In this document: positions 51,052 to 62,739 of the stretch, in pieces | How positions within the stretch are numbered: position 1 is the first letter of the stretch | Layout: each line of letters begins with the position of its first letter | Origin: Epiperipatus broadwayi | Lineage: Eukaryota; Animalia; Onychophora | NCBI GenBank assembly: GCA_028023455.1 | Contig: JAQFVV010000002.1 | Span: 6,634,001 to 6,698,000 of the forward strand | Direction: 5' to 3' | DNA length: 64,000 bases | Translations under genes and position numbers: made by a program | The notes under the pieces: model-generated | Told to the model about the DNA's origin: nothing | What the model saw: only the letters and a program-made list of their open reading frames with translations | Databases searched by the model: none

Positions 51052-51397
51052 ATGACATTACTTTATAAGCTTGTATTTACAAAAATGTAATACAGAGAGT
51101 GTACCAATAGCTCAAACATGCTCTTAATTGATGAGTGCAGTATGAGAAAATATTTAAAATCTCTATCCAAAACATTCCTATCTCCAGTCCAAAAATTTCA
51201 GAGTTTCTACTTAAATATTACGTATAAAATAAATGCTGGGTTTTGAGTTGATGTTTTAGATCTAGTGTCTGAATATTCTAGCTCTTTACTGAGGTGAGCC
51301 ATAATCTCGAAACCAGTTGGACTGGAGATAGGAATATTCTGGATAGAGATTTTAAATATTTTCTCATACAGCACTTATCAATTAAGAGCTTGTTTGA
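51052..51397 (+). mobile_element. Second family A fold-back copy with variant HHR
   Basis: Inverted arm 51052-~51190, sense ~51191-51397; TCTTTA-CTGAGGT-GAGC(cataa)TCTC-GAAAC-CAGTTG-GAC-TGGAGA at 51283-51328; closely similar to 49927-50500. Confidence 0.85.
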
Positions 51398-52202
51398 AAA
51401 TTTAATAGTATATATTTTTTATTACATGTTTGATTTTAATAAGACAATTAAATAAATTTATAACCATATCAACAATCTTTTTTTTTTAAGGATAAAAAAA
51501 AATTTACTGTATTATCCTTTCCCTCTTCTTCGTTAGTTTTTTTTTTTTTGAAAAAGGAGAAAGTATACTATATTTTTTTAAATTATTTTAATTTATAAAA
51601 CATTACTAAACTTGTTACTCTAAATAAAAGTACATATTATAAGCCTCCATTTCTTTTTTTATTTAATCAGTTTCATGATAGAAGTTTGGGGGCAGGAGAA
51701 AAAATAAGTGTTTGTAACATATTCCATATGAGATTATCCTTTTAATTTGATCCTAAGGGTATGAGAGAATATAAGTTTTAAAGTGATCTAAAGCAGCATT
51801 TCTTAACTTTTTTGCCATGCAACCAAATAGGCTTCATTGAAATAGTTCTGTGACTCAAATGTTTATTACATAAATTATAATATAAAATAAAAAAGATATT
51901 ACATGAGCATGGACTGTATATATGTATATATTCGGGTCAATTTGATAATATTTATAATGAACAAATAATTTGTAAGTTAAAAGTTGAGTTAAAGTTAAAC
52001 TACATATTTTTAATTTAAAAGCTTAACATATTTTGTTAATTACCAAAAAAAAAAGTGCTTTCTTTTCAAATAAGGTTTTGTTTATATACAAAATATAATT
52101 TTCAACTTCTTTTTTCTTTTCCTATGTATTGATTTCTACTTTAACATATCATACCATTTACACCTTTCTTAAACACTTTATCAATACTCTTTATTTATAT
52201 GA

Positions 52203-52242
52203 AGCTAACAGTTTCGACTGTCCTGCAGTCATCATCAGAGCT
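52203..52242 (-). ncRNA. Minimal type I hammerhead ribozyme (family C), core intact
   Basis: AGCT-CTGATGA-T-GACTG(cagga)CAGTC-GAAAC-T-GTT^-AGCT. Confidence 0.85.
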
Positions 52243-52579
52243 ACAATATTCAAATATATAATTATACAATTAATACAATTATACACATATTCATATACAT
52301 AATTAAATACACTTTAATCTGACCATTATAAATAATCATTTAATAATATAAATAAAATGACAATAATAAGTATTAAATAGTAGAATAAATGTTAAAGTTT
52401 ATAATTATAATAAATAATATTTTTTTAAAAAAATAAAGTGATATAAAATAAATATTGATAAAATTATTTTAAGTGTAAAGTAATAAAATGCAAAATGATT
52501 ATTTATAATGATCAGATTAAAGTGTAATTAATTATGTATATAAGTGTATTAATTGTATAATTATATATTTGAATATTGT

Positions 52580-52619
52580 AGCTCTGATGATGACTGCAGG
52601 ACAGTCCAAACTGTTAGTT
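52580..52619 (+). ncRNA. Family C hammerhead, G12>C mutant
   Basis: AGCT-CTGATGA-T-GACTG(cagga)CAGTC-CAAAC-T-GTT-AGTT; G12 lost. Confidence 0.75.
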
Positions 52620-52941
52620 TGATATAAATAGAGTATTGATAAAGTTTTTAAGAAAGGTGTAAATGGTATATGTTATACACAAAATACAAGTAAAAAATAC
52701 AAAAATAAATTATACAGAATTTTATTTAAGTTAATGTATGAAAAATTTAAAAAATAATCTACTTTGATATATCAGTTCAATTTCAATATTGTTTGAAGTT
52801 ATTGTAAAAAATTTGTAAAACTGCAGCAGTAACATATTTAAATAAAATTTGCTATTAAAATATTATAAATTAATTTGTTAATTTTAATTATATTTATTAC
52901 AAACATATTTAAATTATGAACATATAATGCAAAATAATTAT

Positions 52942-54873
52942 TTAATGGCTTTGTTGATGTTGCTTCTTTTCAATTAATTTATCAATTCTTGCTCCAATAA
53001 AATTAGTTAAAGCTAATTTCATTGTTGAACTAAAATCAAGTCGGTTTCTAAACTTATTTTTCGTAACAATCATTGTTGAAAATCCACTTTAACCAAATAA
53101 GTTGTTGCAAATGGAAGTAACAATTTTATAGACTTTTCATTAAGGATTGTATATTCATCCTGAATTTCTAACCAAAATTTAGGCAAATTCTCTTGGTTTT
53201 CTTTAAACTTTAATTCTAAACTTTTGTCTGCCAATAATTCTATTAATTTTTCTTCTTCTGATAAATTTAAGTTATGTGAATGATGTTGTTGGAAAGGATT
53301 TAAGATTCACATATTTTTAAAATGAATATCTTCTGTAGGTGGGAAGTATTGAAAAAACTTTTCTTTTAATTTTAATAAGTGATTCTGAATGATTTTACTT
53401 ATACCTGAAATTTCATCATGCATTATCATTTTATCCTCAACCATTTGTAAAAATAAAGGAAACATGTCAAAAAAATTGTTTTTAAGTCTGTTAAACCAGA
53501 ATTCTTTTTTTTTTATATATATATAAATGCTTCCATTTTATTGTAACAAATAAAAAGCTTTGTGTGAAAAGTTAAATCATTTATTAATGAAAATATGTCA
53601 GCTTAATAGACAACTTTGGAAAGCCACACATTACTTTTGAAATATCCACTGAATACTATTGGCTTTTGATCATTAAGAAAAATTTTAATTTCCACACAAA
53701 GTTCAAATAATCTATTCAGAACTCTTCCTCTTGAAAACCATCTTGCATAGGAATGTAATAATAAATTTTTATGAGCTGAACCCATTTCATCACACCTTAA
53801 TTGAAATAGATGCATGTTTAGTATACTCTTTCGAATATAGTTCACTGTTTGTACACACTGATTTAAAATATCATGTAAATCTTCATACATATCTTTGGTA
53901 GCCAATTGTTCCTGATGAAGAAAGCAATGGGTTATTATTAAATCTGGATGAGAAATTTCCTCTATGCATGTTACTAAACCCCTATGTTTTCCTGTCATAG
54001 CCGCAGCCCCATCGGTACAAATCCCTATGCATCTTTCTCAAGAAATGTTTTTTATTTAAAAATACAATTTCATTATCTTTAAAATTTCTTCTGATGTTGT
54101 TGAATATTCTAATTTTAAACTGCATAAGAATTCTTCCTGAATATCTTTACATGTAATATCAATATATCTTATATAAACAAATATTATTGCATCATTAGAA
54201 ACATCTGTAGATTCATCTAATTGAATTGAATAATACTTGGATTTTTTAATATTTTCTATTAATTGAGATTCAACTTCATCAGCCAAATCAATTGCTCACC
54301 GACTTATGGTGTCATTTGGCAAGGGAATGCTGTTTATTTTTGATTCAAATTCATTGCCAAAAATTCTTTGCAAATATCTTTCATGCATGGCTTTAGTAAC
54401 ATCCCCCCTATTGTATATGCTTTTTTACATTTAGCAATGTGATAGGCTCCCAAATATGAACATTTTAAAAGTTTTTTATCTGTAGATATAAATTTTGTTA
54501 AATTAGATCTATTTGTTTTAAATTCATCTCATTTTTAAAAAAAAAAATCAACAGATTTATCTTTATATTGACTATGGTTTGTTTCCAAATGCCTTAATAG
54601 TTTGTTACTTTTAAATGAAGAATTAGCCAAAGTAGATCCACAGACAACACATTGGGGTAGCTCTATTCCATTTTCTTTTATAAAAGTGAAGCCATATTAA
54701 TATATTATTCTTTATACTTATAAACAAAAGTGTGCATCAGTTTTGGTTTTTTCCACTACTGGTTCACTTGGCATAGTAGGCAGTTCTACATTTTCATCAT
54801 CCAAATTGGGTTCTTGAGAAATTTCTTGTTCCTTGCTTCCAAAAAAATTAAATATTTTACTTTGTTTACTCAT
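52942..54873 (-). pseudogene. Buster/ZBED5-like hAT transposase, frameshifted
   Basis: BED finger GFTF....ELPQCVVCGSTLANSSFKSNKLLRHLETNH; IQLDESTD; THCFLHQEQL; RWFSRG; C-terminal LLPFATTY...GFSTM...KNKFRNRL...HQQSH*. Confidence 0.92.
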
Positions 54874-56047
54874 TATTAAACAAGGCTGAAAGAAATACAA
54901 AAGAAGATGTAATTTGAAAATATTAAACACTTTCAGTACAATGTGTGTATTATTCACATACAATGAAATATAAGTATTATTTATAAATTACAAATATATG
55001 TAGCTTTTAACAAAATATAAAATTCAATTATTAACTTAACACAATGTTTTAGAAAAACAGTGTAACTGTAATACATACAAAGTTATTTTTTTCTGTTTTA
55101 ACAACTACGCACTAATTCAAACTATGCACTGTGAACTGAGAATATTTCTGTACAATTCCACCACTGGCACTGGTTGATGCTTTAATTGCATTAATTTTCC
55201 ACCACTGGAACTGGATGATGCTTTGGCTGCATTAATTTTAGTAGCATTTTTGGTTGCAATTTTTTGAATAATTGCATTTTGAAAATAATCATGAAATTTA
55301 ACATTATGATTATTTAAGTTCAAATTTACAATTGAATTTGAAAAAACTACACAAAGCATAGGTAGTATTACTTACTAATTTTTTTTATTGATAGTAAAAT
55401 TTTCTTAAAATGTAAAAAGATTTTTGCTATCAGATATTTGTTTCTATTTCTTGGTGCATATTCACAACCCATTAAAAATTTAATGTGACCCAATATTGGG
55501 TCATGACCCAAAGATTGAGAAATGCTACTATAAAGATAGACAAACATATATTTATAGTGTGTTAAGATGTACAACTTCTTTATAATACTAAACTTTTTTC
55601 TGCCAATTTTTGATATGAGTATGTGTACTATAATGGTTAATATTTATAGCATCTAATCACTATATGCATGTATCTTATTAAAAATTTCATGGGTTTCACA
55701 ATCCATACCTATGATCTGAGTTACAAATCTAGGCCAGCTAAAATTTCAAAAGTTTTCAGGGTTCAGTCAGATCTAAAAGTTTTTTATCAACTAACCAAGT
55801 GCAAAAAACATCACCAGAAATTTTCAAGCTCATAATTTCTTTTTCTTCATTGTTTTTCTATAAGTGACTTTTAAACAGATCTTTTGCTCTGTAATGAGCA
55901 TTTAAAGACTATTTTCACATATAACTTGCTATTAGATATATTTTATGCATTTATTGTTTGATATTGTCACTTACATGCTTAGTGACTTTTAAATTACAAA
56001 AAAGATAAACCATTCATTCAGCTCCTATTAAAAAAAGGGACCCAAAC

Positions 56048-56425
56048 TCCTCTTCCTTCTCCTTCTTTTACTCCTTCTTCATCTTTTCTTCTTTTTTTTC
56101 TTCTTCCCTTTTGTCTACTCCTCCTCTTCTTCTATTTCTCCTTTTTTCTACTTCTCCTCTGCCTGCTCTTTTTTCTATTTCATTTATTCTTTCTATTTTA
56201 TTCCTCTTCCTCCATCATATACTACTTATTTTCCCTCTTTTATTTTTTTTTTACTTAGTCTTTTTCTATTCTTCACCTCTTCTTATACATGTTTTCCTCC
56301 TCCTCCTTTTTTTTCTACATTTTCTCTGCCTCCTTCTTTTCCTTTTACTTTTACTCATTTTTCTTCTACGTTTCTCCCTGCTTTTCTTACTTCTTATATT
56401 CTTTTTTTCTTTTTCTCATTATTTT
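56048..56425. repeat. Pyrimidine-rich (C/T) low-complexity tract
   Basis: CTT/CCT/TTCT-rich; source of spurious Leu/Phe/Ser ORFs 56111-56491 and 56289-56573. Confidence 0.9.
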
Positions 56426-57899
56426 GATTTTATTACAATTAATACTAGGTCACTACTTCAGAACTTACTCATTAATTCTTTATTTTTTTGAAATTAGTTC
56501 CCATATCATACCATTCAATTTGATAGTTTTTTCCTTTTTTATATCACACAATTATGAAATCCAATTTCAGTAATCTCATTTTTATTTCTTACAATACTCA
56601 ACTTTTTATAGATAATGTTAATATTTATATGTGTGCATATAAATATTTAATAAGATAAAAAATCATATTTCTATTCTTTTCTACTTACCATTTCTTTAAT
56701 GATCAGAAAGATTTTTATGAGACACTTAAAAAAAAAAGACCAGTTTATGTAAAAAAGATAATATGGCTAAAAAACAATCAGCAACAAGTAGCTAATGTGA
56801 CCAAAGGTTTTTGTTATATTACATTATAGAGAAACACTGAATTCATTAAAATAATCAATTTCTGATGAAAGCTTTTAGGAAATTTTCTTTCTTATGTTGC
56901 ACTAAGAATAGCTAATTAATAATAACAATGAAATGAGAATCTGAGTAAGTTATATCTGATTTTAAAAAATTATTAAAACAAGTTTCAAAAATTTACATGG
57001 ATTTGTATTCCATGTTTTGAACAAAACAGATGCATTGAACCAAGCTGATAAGAGAGCTTGTCCTAAAATACATGATCAGCATAAATTATTGGTATGATTT
57101 TATTATGATATAGTGATCAAAAATTAATATACTTAGTATTTTAATGATTAATGTCATTTAAAATTATATACAGTATTTATATAAACATAATGTAACTCAG
57201 TGAAAAGTTAACTGGTGACTGATTCTCTGACTAAGCTGACTGTGGTGTTATCTTTAAAACAACACATATCATATGTAATAACATAATTTAGTTATTCCCT
57301 ACAAAATTTAAGACATTAGCATATCTTAACTCATGATAGAAGAGTGATAACATTATATTTTGTTATAAATTGGAAAAACTGGTTACTGCATCATTTAAAT
57401 GATTTACAGCATATATGGCAGTAAAGCTATAAGTCACAATATTTTCAAGTGCTTTTCAAAATTTCATAATATCAGTCAGACATACAGTGCATTAAAATTT
57501 TGTGATATATAATGAAATTATATTGATATATAATACATATTAAGAAATGGTACTGTGAGCAGTAGAAGAATGAATCAGTCAACTTTTCAGTGGTATACCC
57601 ATGTTATAATTTTGAAATCTGCAAGAGTTTTAAGATAAAAAAATTGATAAATTTGATATACTAGTTTCTCACAAATTTATTCTTCACTTTTTTGACATTC
57701 TAAAATGTTACCAACTCGTTTCTATTCTAGAACAGCATTTCAATTTCTTATTGCAATTACTTGTTCTACTGGTTGATTCTAATTCCTTATTTAGTAACTA
57801 TTCTATGGTTGGTGTTAGTCTTTCTTTGTTAGATGATTGATGAATTATTTTTTTAGTGATATTAGGTAACATATCAGAATATTCAAGATCCATACTGGT

Positions 57900-59520
57900 T
57901 ATAGATGTTTCTGCTTCATTATCATATAATTGTGTGTTTGTTGTTTTTGATCATTTTAAGTATATTCTATTATTTTGGTACATTGGTGTGAGGCAGTGGC
58001 AATCATATCACATTGTGGATAGAGTAATTTGGGGCAGGTATTTATCATGTGGCCTCTTTGCATGCAATGAAAGCATTGAGGTTTGAGACCATGAATTATT
58101 ATTAATAGCATGGCTTCTTGATCCATGATTTGAATAGGAATATTGTTAGAGTTTATGCTTTGATGTAGCTTGAGTCTGAATTTGAAACTATTGCCATATA
58201 TTAGAACTGGAGTATCTTTTAGGTAGGTTGGCTGAAATACTATGACCATTCCAAATGGTTTCATCTCTGTGTGATTTACATTGATTCAAACATAATCCCT
58301 TTAGCATTTTAATTATTCTTTTAAAAATCTCTTTTTACTCTTCATTATGAAAATTCAATGGCACTGTATTTTGGATTAGGATGTTGAGTATATCTGTGTT
58401 TGGTTAGTAGGCACGAGTCAATTGTTTTATTGTGTGAGAGTTTCATTGGTAGGAAACATTTCAGTGGGGGGTTGGTCATTAAGTCAAACTGGCAACGCTT
58501 TTTGTTTTGACTCTCTTTGGTTATAATTTCTTCTTTGGTCATCCAGATAGTTTTCTGGTCTCTGTTGAAGCCAGTTCTATGGGTGAAAGACAATGTTTCC
58601 ATGGTATGAGCTGATGTTTTATTCATGGATACTTGTGTTTTGTTTGGATGTTCTGATCTGCTAGATTGATGGTATTTTGGTTTCAGTCTGGTTTGGAATT
58701 ATCTGCACCAATTGGGTGTGGGTTGTGGTAGATAAATTTTATATATAATATGAAATCACCTGGTTAGAGTCTACAACATTAGCATTAGCATTATTTGGCC
58801 TTGTAGTGATGAAATCATGGATATGCATGTATATCACTAGGTAATTGAACTCAGAATCTTTAAGGCCTTATTCGGTGTATCTGCATCAGTGATGATCGAA
58901 TGTGTATTGGTATTATTTTTTTGATTGATTTGTGTGGGGTTGGGTTATGGCAGGTTGATCTTATAGTGCTTGATTGGTGATGCAGTGTGTTTCAAGGTGG
59001 CCATGCTCACCACATGAATAACATTGTGGCTTTAAGCCTTTTATGTAGAGACAGAATGTGGCCTCCTGATCTACAATTTGCATCGGGATAATGTCAGAGT
59101 CAATTTGTCTGTGTAATTTTCATTTGTATTCATAGCTGTTGGTATGAATGGTGTGGGTTCATCTGCTGGATATATAGCTTGAAATGCTATAACCTTACCA
59201 AATGGCTCCCATTATCACTTGAAAATATTGACTGTTGTTAATGAGGTATATATTTTAACTATCCTCATTATATAGCTTTGACAATCTTCCATCAATGGTT
59301 ACCAGTGCATAATTATCCAGAGTTCTGATATCTGTTTGAAATGTCCTCATTTGGAGTGTATGGAAAAATTCAAATATGAAATAAATTGAATTGGGGTGTT
59401 CTGAAATGCACCGAGCAGTTTCCGATAGCCCATATAGAGTTAAAGCTTCATATAAAAGGTGTCTGGGAAATTTATATAAAGATGTGCTAAAATCTGTAGT
59501 AGTTATAGAATGAGGGAAAA
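57900..59520 (-). pseudogene. Two tandem gag/ORF1-like units with CCHC zinc knuckles (non-LTR type), decayed
   Basis: IIPMQIVDQEATFCLYIKGLKPQCYSCGEHGHLETHC (~59090-58980) and NIPIQIMDQEAMLLIIIHGLKPQCFHCMQRGHMINTCP (in ORF 57956-58264); both CX2CX4HX4C. Confidence 0.75.
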
Positions 59521-60216
59521 TAATTTTTTGAAAAATTTTAAATAATCTCCTTCAAATATTATTCCTTAAAGCACTCATTGATTATTTCTAGTTTATTATC
59601 ATTTCAGTTCATAGAGAGGGAGTCTTGATTTTCATGTATTTTTAGGTCTAGTTTTCTTATGTCATTTTGGTTAATTTTTCTGAACCAGGGGAAGGTTGTT
59701 TTGATGCTATTTGGTTGCTTTAACTGTAATTTGTGATTTGCAAAGTTAGCTTTAGAAGCATTTGCATAGGTTTTACTGTGATTTGAAGCTTTGAGTGCTG
59801 CAAAGATTATGCTAGCAACATTTACTTTGTCAACTGACTAGTCAGTTGCCATATTCTTTGTCAATTTTAAACTTTAATAATACAGAATGTACAAAATTCT
59901 AAGATATAAATATTAATCAGAGAACTGAATTATTATAGCAGATATTATCTTGAAGATAATGAGATTAGTGGGAAAAAGCAAAAAAAGAAATTACACCATC
60001 AGAAATGTTATTTTTCAAGATTGACCCATTGTAATTACAATCTATTGTAATATTTTAATGTTAAAGCTAAAAAGATTCTACAAAATAACATAGAAGAATT
60101 TTGATTAAACAAGTTGTTACAAGATTTAATTATTCTGGTGTTGCCATAGCCATAATGAAATAGGGTTTATTTTATATCCAGACTCAAAAAAAAGTTTTAT
60201 ATTATTGATAAATTAC

Positions 60217-60600
60217 ATCCTCAAATTAATTTCAGTTCTGGTGCCCCTGGAACTCAAATTTATAAACAATAAATATATAAACAAATAAATAAAAGATAGC
60301 TTCGCAAAAAATGATTAATAATTAATTGATATTTAATTTTCAATGTGAAATTTATCCTGTCTTTCACTTATAATTTTTTTGATTTGTAGCTGTAAGATTG
60401 TTTCAGAAAGACGAAGGAATGTCCTGAACCGTCAAAACAAGTTTACAGATCGATGCCGGTGGCGGTTGGGAAACGCTGCTCTAGAGAATTCATTAATATT
60501 TGTAATATCACAGTACTGTACTTAAAAAATAATAATCTAATGGTTTTATTGTTATGAATTTGAGTTCCAGGGATTCCAGAAGTGAAATTAATTTGAGGAT
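60217..60600. mobile_element. Element with ~55-bp terminal inverted repeats (fold-back/MITE-like)
   Basis: ATCCTCAAATTAATTTCAGTTCTGG..CCCTGGAACTCAAATT...AACAATAAA versus TTTATTGTT..AATTTGAGTTCCAGGG..CCAGAAGTGAAATTAATTTGAGGAT; CpG-rich interior; no TSD found. Confidence 0.75.
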
Positions 60601-62350
60601 CTTATGTTTCAAAGAGGACACTTTTCTAAACCATGTAGGACTGTAATTTATAATTAAATAATTATTTCAGCACATTATCTTTCAACAATCATAATTCTTT
60701 TTTTTTAAAAAAAAACAAAGGCGGCAAAATAAACGGATTTTAAAACAATCAATTCAACTTCACATAATACAAATAAATTTTGAAAATGTTCCTTAAAGAA
60801 GAAAGTGATTGTTTAATTTATTGTTTTTGTCGGCAAAGCGTTTTGGATTTACAAAAGAAAGTGAGACGTGATGGTAGTAAGATAATTACGATAATTATTA
60901 AAATATATATATACTGTAATTAAAAAAAAGAGATTAATATTTGTTTCATTTGATTTAAATGAATATTTAGATTACAATATTTTATTAAAAATTTTAAAAG
61001 AAAAAAGCGTACATTAAATGATTATTAGGAAATTAATACAGGAATTCTAATAAATTTGTGAGATTAAATATTTACCCCCCCCCCCCAAGAAAAGAAATGA
61101 AAAAGAGATATTTTCCGCATTTGTTTTGTCTAAGATTTATTTAGAAAAATTACCAAATGTATTAATGTGTTTAACTAAAAATAAGTTAGCAAAGCGGGGG
61201 GAGGAGGGGTCATTTTTATAAACTTTCTGAAAATATGGCAATATTTGTAAACTCAAGTGATATTTAAGTTAAGAACTAATAGGCAAGTGAGAAAAAGATC
61301 GTGGAGTTTCTTGATCTTAAACTTACAGGGAAAATGCCAATAAATTCACCATGCTGACAGATGCATATTGGGAAGCAGTTCATCAATGTTTATATAATAT
61401 ATGAATAATCATATAGTAATAACAGATGCAATGACAAATATATATGGAATAGATATTAGAAATCTGCCTGCTTGATTCCTTTAAGATCTCAAAGAGAAAT
61501 CAAAAAGGTAGTCTTTCAGTTAATAGAAAACTCCTTTCCACAGCTAATAATATATATATTTACATATTTGTATATATAATTTAGATATTAGAAAAGTAAA
61601 TAATTTGCACAAAATTAGTACATATGTGGAAAAATATCTTTAATTTATGAGTTAGGTAGGTTTTGTAATTACAATGATATTAATTAGTCGAGGCTCCAAG
61701 TGACTGTTTTTATTCCTAGTGTTGCCAAAACTTGGTCTCTAAATTTTATTTTATTAAATTTATTCAAAAACAGTGACTGAAATATCTGAAATATAGGATT
61801 GAAATCAAATATCTCTGAAACCAAAGGGAGAATAGGAGAAAGTGGGATTCTAATATTTGGGAACTTTCCCCTATATATGTCATTAATTAGTATATTTAGT
61901 GAAGAATTTTTAAGGACAAATGATATATTGTACCACTAATGGATAGCACTCTATATAAAATCATGTTTACAATTATTAAAAATAAAAATTTTCATAAATA
62001 ACACAAAAAGTTTTAAAATTGATAATGAATAATAAAATCACTGTCCGTAAGTGATTAAAGTAAAAACATCTCATTTAAAGAAATAGTTAAAAGTTTAATA
62101 AAAGGAAATTTAATGTAGAAGTTTAAAGAGTTTTTTATTATTAGTTTAAAACATTTTGCTAAAAGTCAGTAGTAAAGTTTTACAAATTAAGTAATTAGAT
62201 GGTGGGAGAAAATTTAACTGGGCAAAAACTAAACTTCAGAATAAATTAAGAAAATAGTATTCAGCAAGTTAGTTTTATTAAAATAAAATGCAGTTAGCCC
62301 GAAGGGGAATGTAACTGAGAAAATTAAAAATATTAAAGAAAAAAAAAGAA
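60300..62350. promoter_or_regulatory. Second CpG-retaining domain
   Basis: About 20 CpGs in ~2 kb by manual count; G/C runs; no ORF. Confidence 0.45.
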
Positions 62351-62739
62351 ATCTTAAAACTAAAAAAACCTCTCTTTACACTTATTTAAAATAAATATAT
62401 ATGTGCATGAATAAAGATTGTATTTAAATATAAAGAAAATAATAAAATATGTGTGTTAAAAAAATATGAAAGTTAAATACTAAAAATAAATAAAAGTTTA
62501 TAAGTAAAAATTTCCCTCAAAGAGTGCATATACTCATAAGCTATATAAAAACAGGATTAGCAATGGCTACTAATTAAAATCCACAATCATCAGGATTAAT
62601 TAAAAGGCATCTTAAGAATTTAATCAAAATCAGTGGACAAATTAAAAAACTAATTAAAAAGGATAACAACAAGGCCATCATATAAATAGGGCCAAAAATT
62701 TCATCAGTCAGTCATTCACATATCTAGAGTTATTCACGT

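Larger units (their letters stand above)
52142..52675. mobile_element. Family C HHR fold-back (~190-bp arms, ~150-bp AT spacer) nested in the hAT
   Basis: Arms 52142-52341 and 52493-52675 are near-identical reverse complements. Confidence 0.9.
51794..55527 (-). mobile_element. Buster-type hAT DNA transposon (decayed autonomous copy)
   Basis: Termini CAGCATTTCTTAACTTT (51794-) and AAGATTGAGAAATGCTA (-55527) with subterminal GGGTCATGACCC; flanks ATCTAAAG/CTATAAAG (6/8, both nnnTAnnn). Confidence 0.78.

Noticed and set aside
56111-56573. Leu/Phe/Ser-rich ORFs that resemble membrane proteins
   Set aside because: Translation of a C/T low-complexity tract.
56862-56890. CTGATGAAAGCTTTTAGGAAATTTTC
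   Set aside because: No credible stem II loop or stem I; could be chance.
57028-57091. ALNQADKRACPKIHDQHKLL between AG and GT
   Set aside because: Could be an exon or a P-element/THAP9-like remnant; too short to support either.
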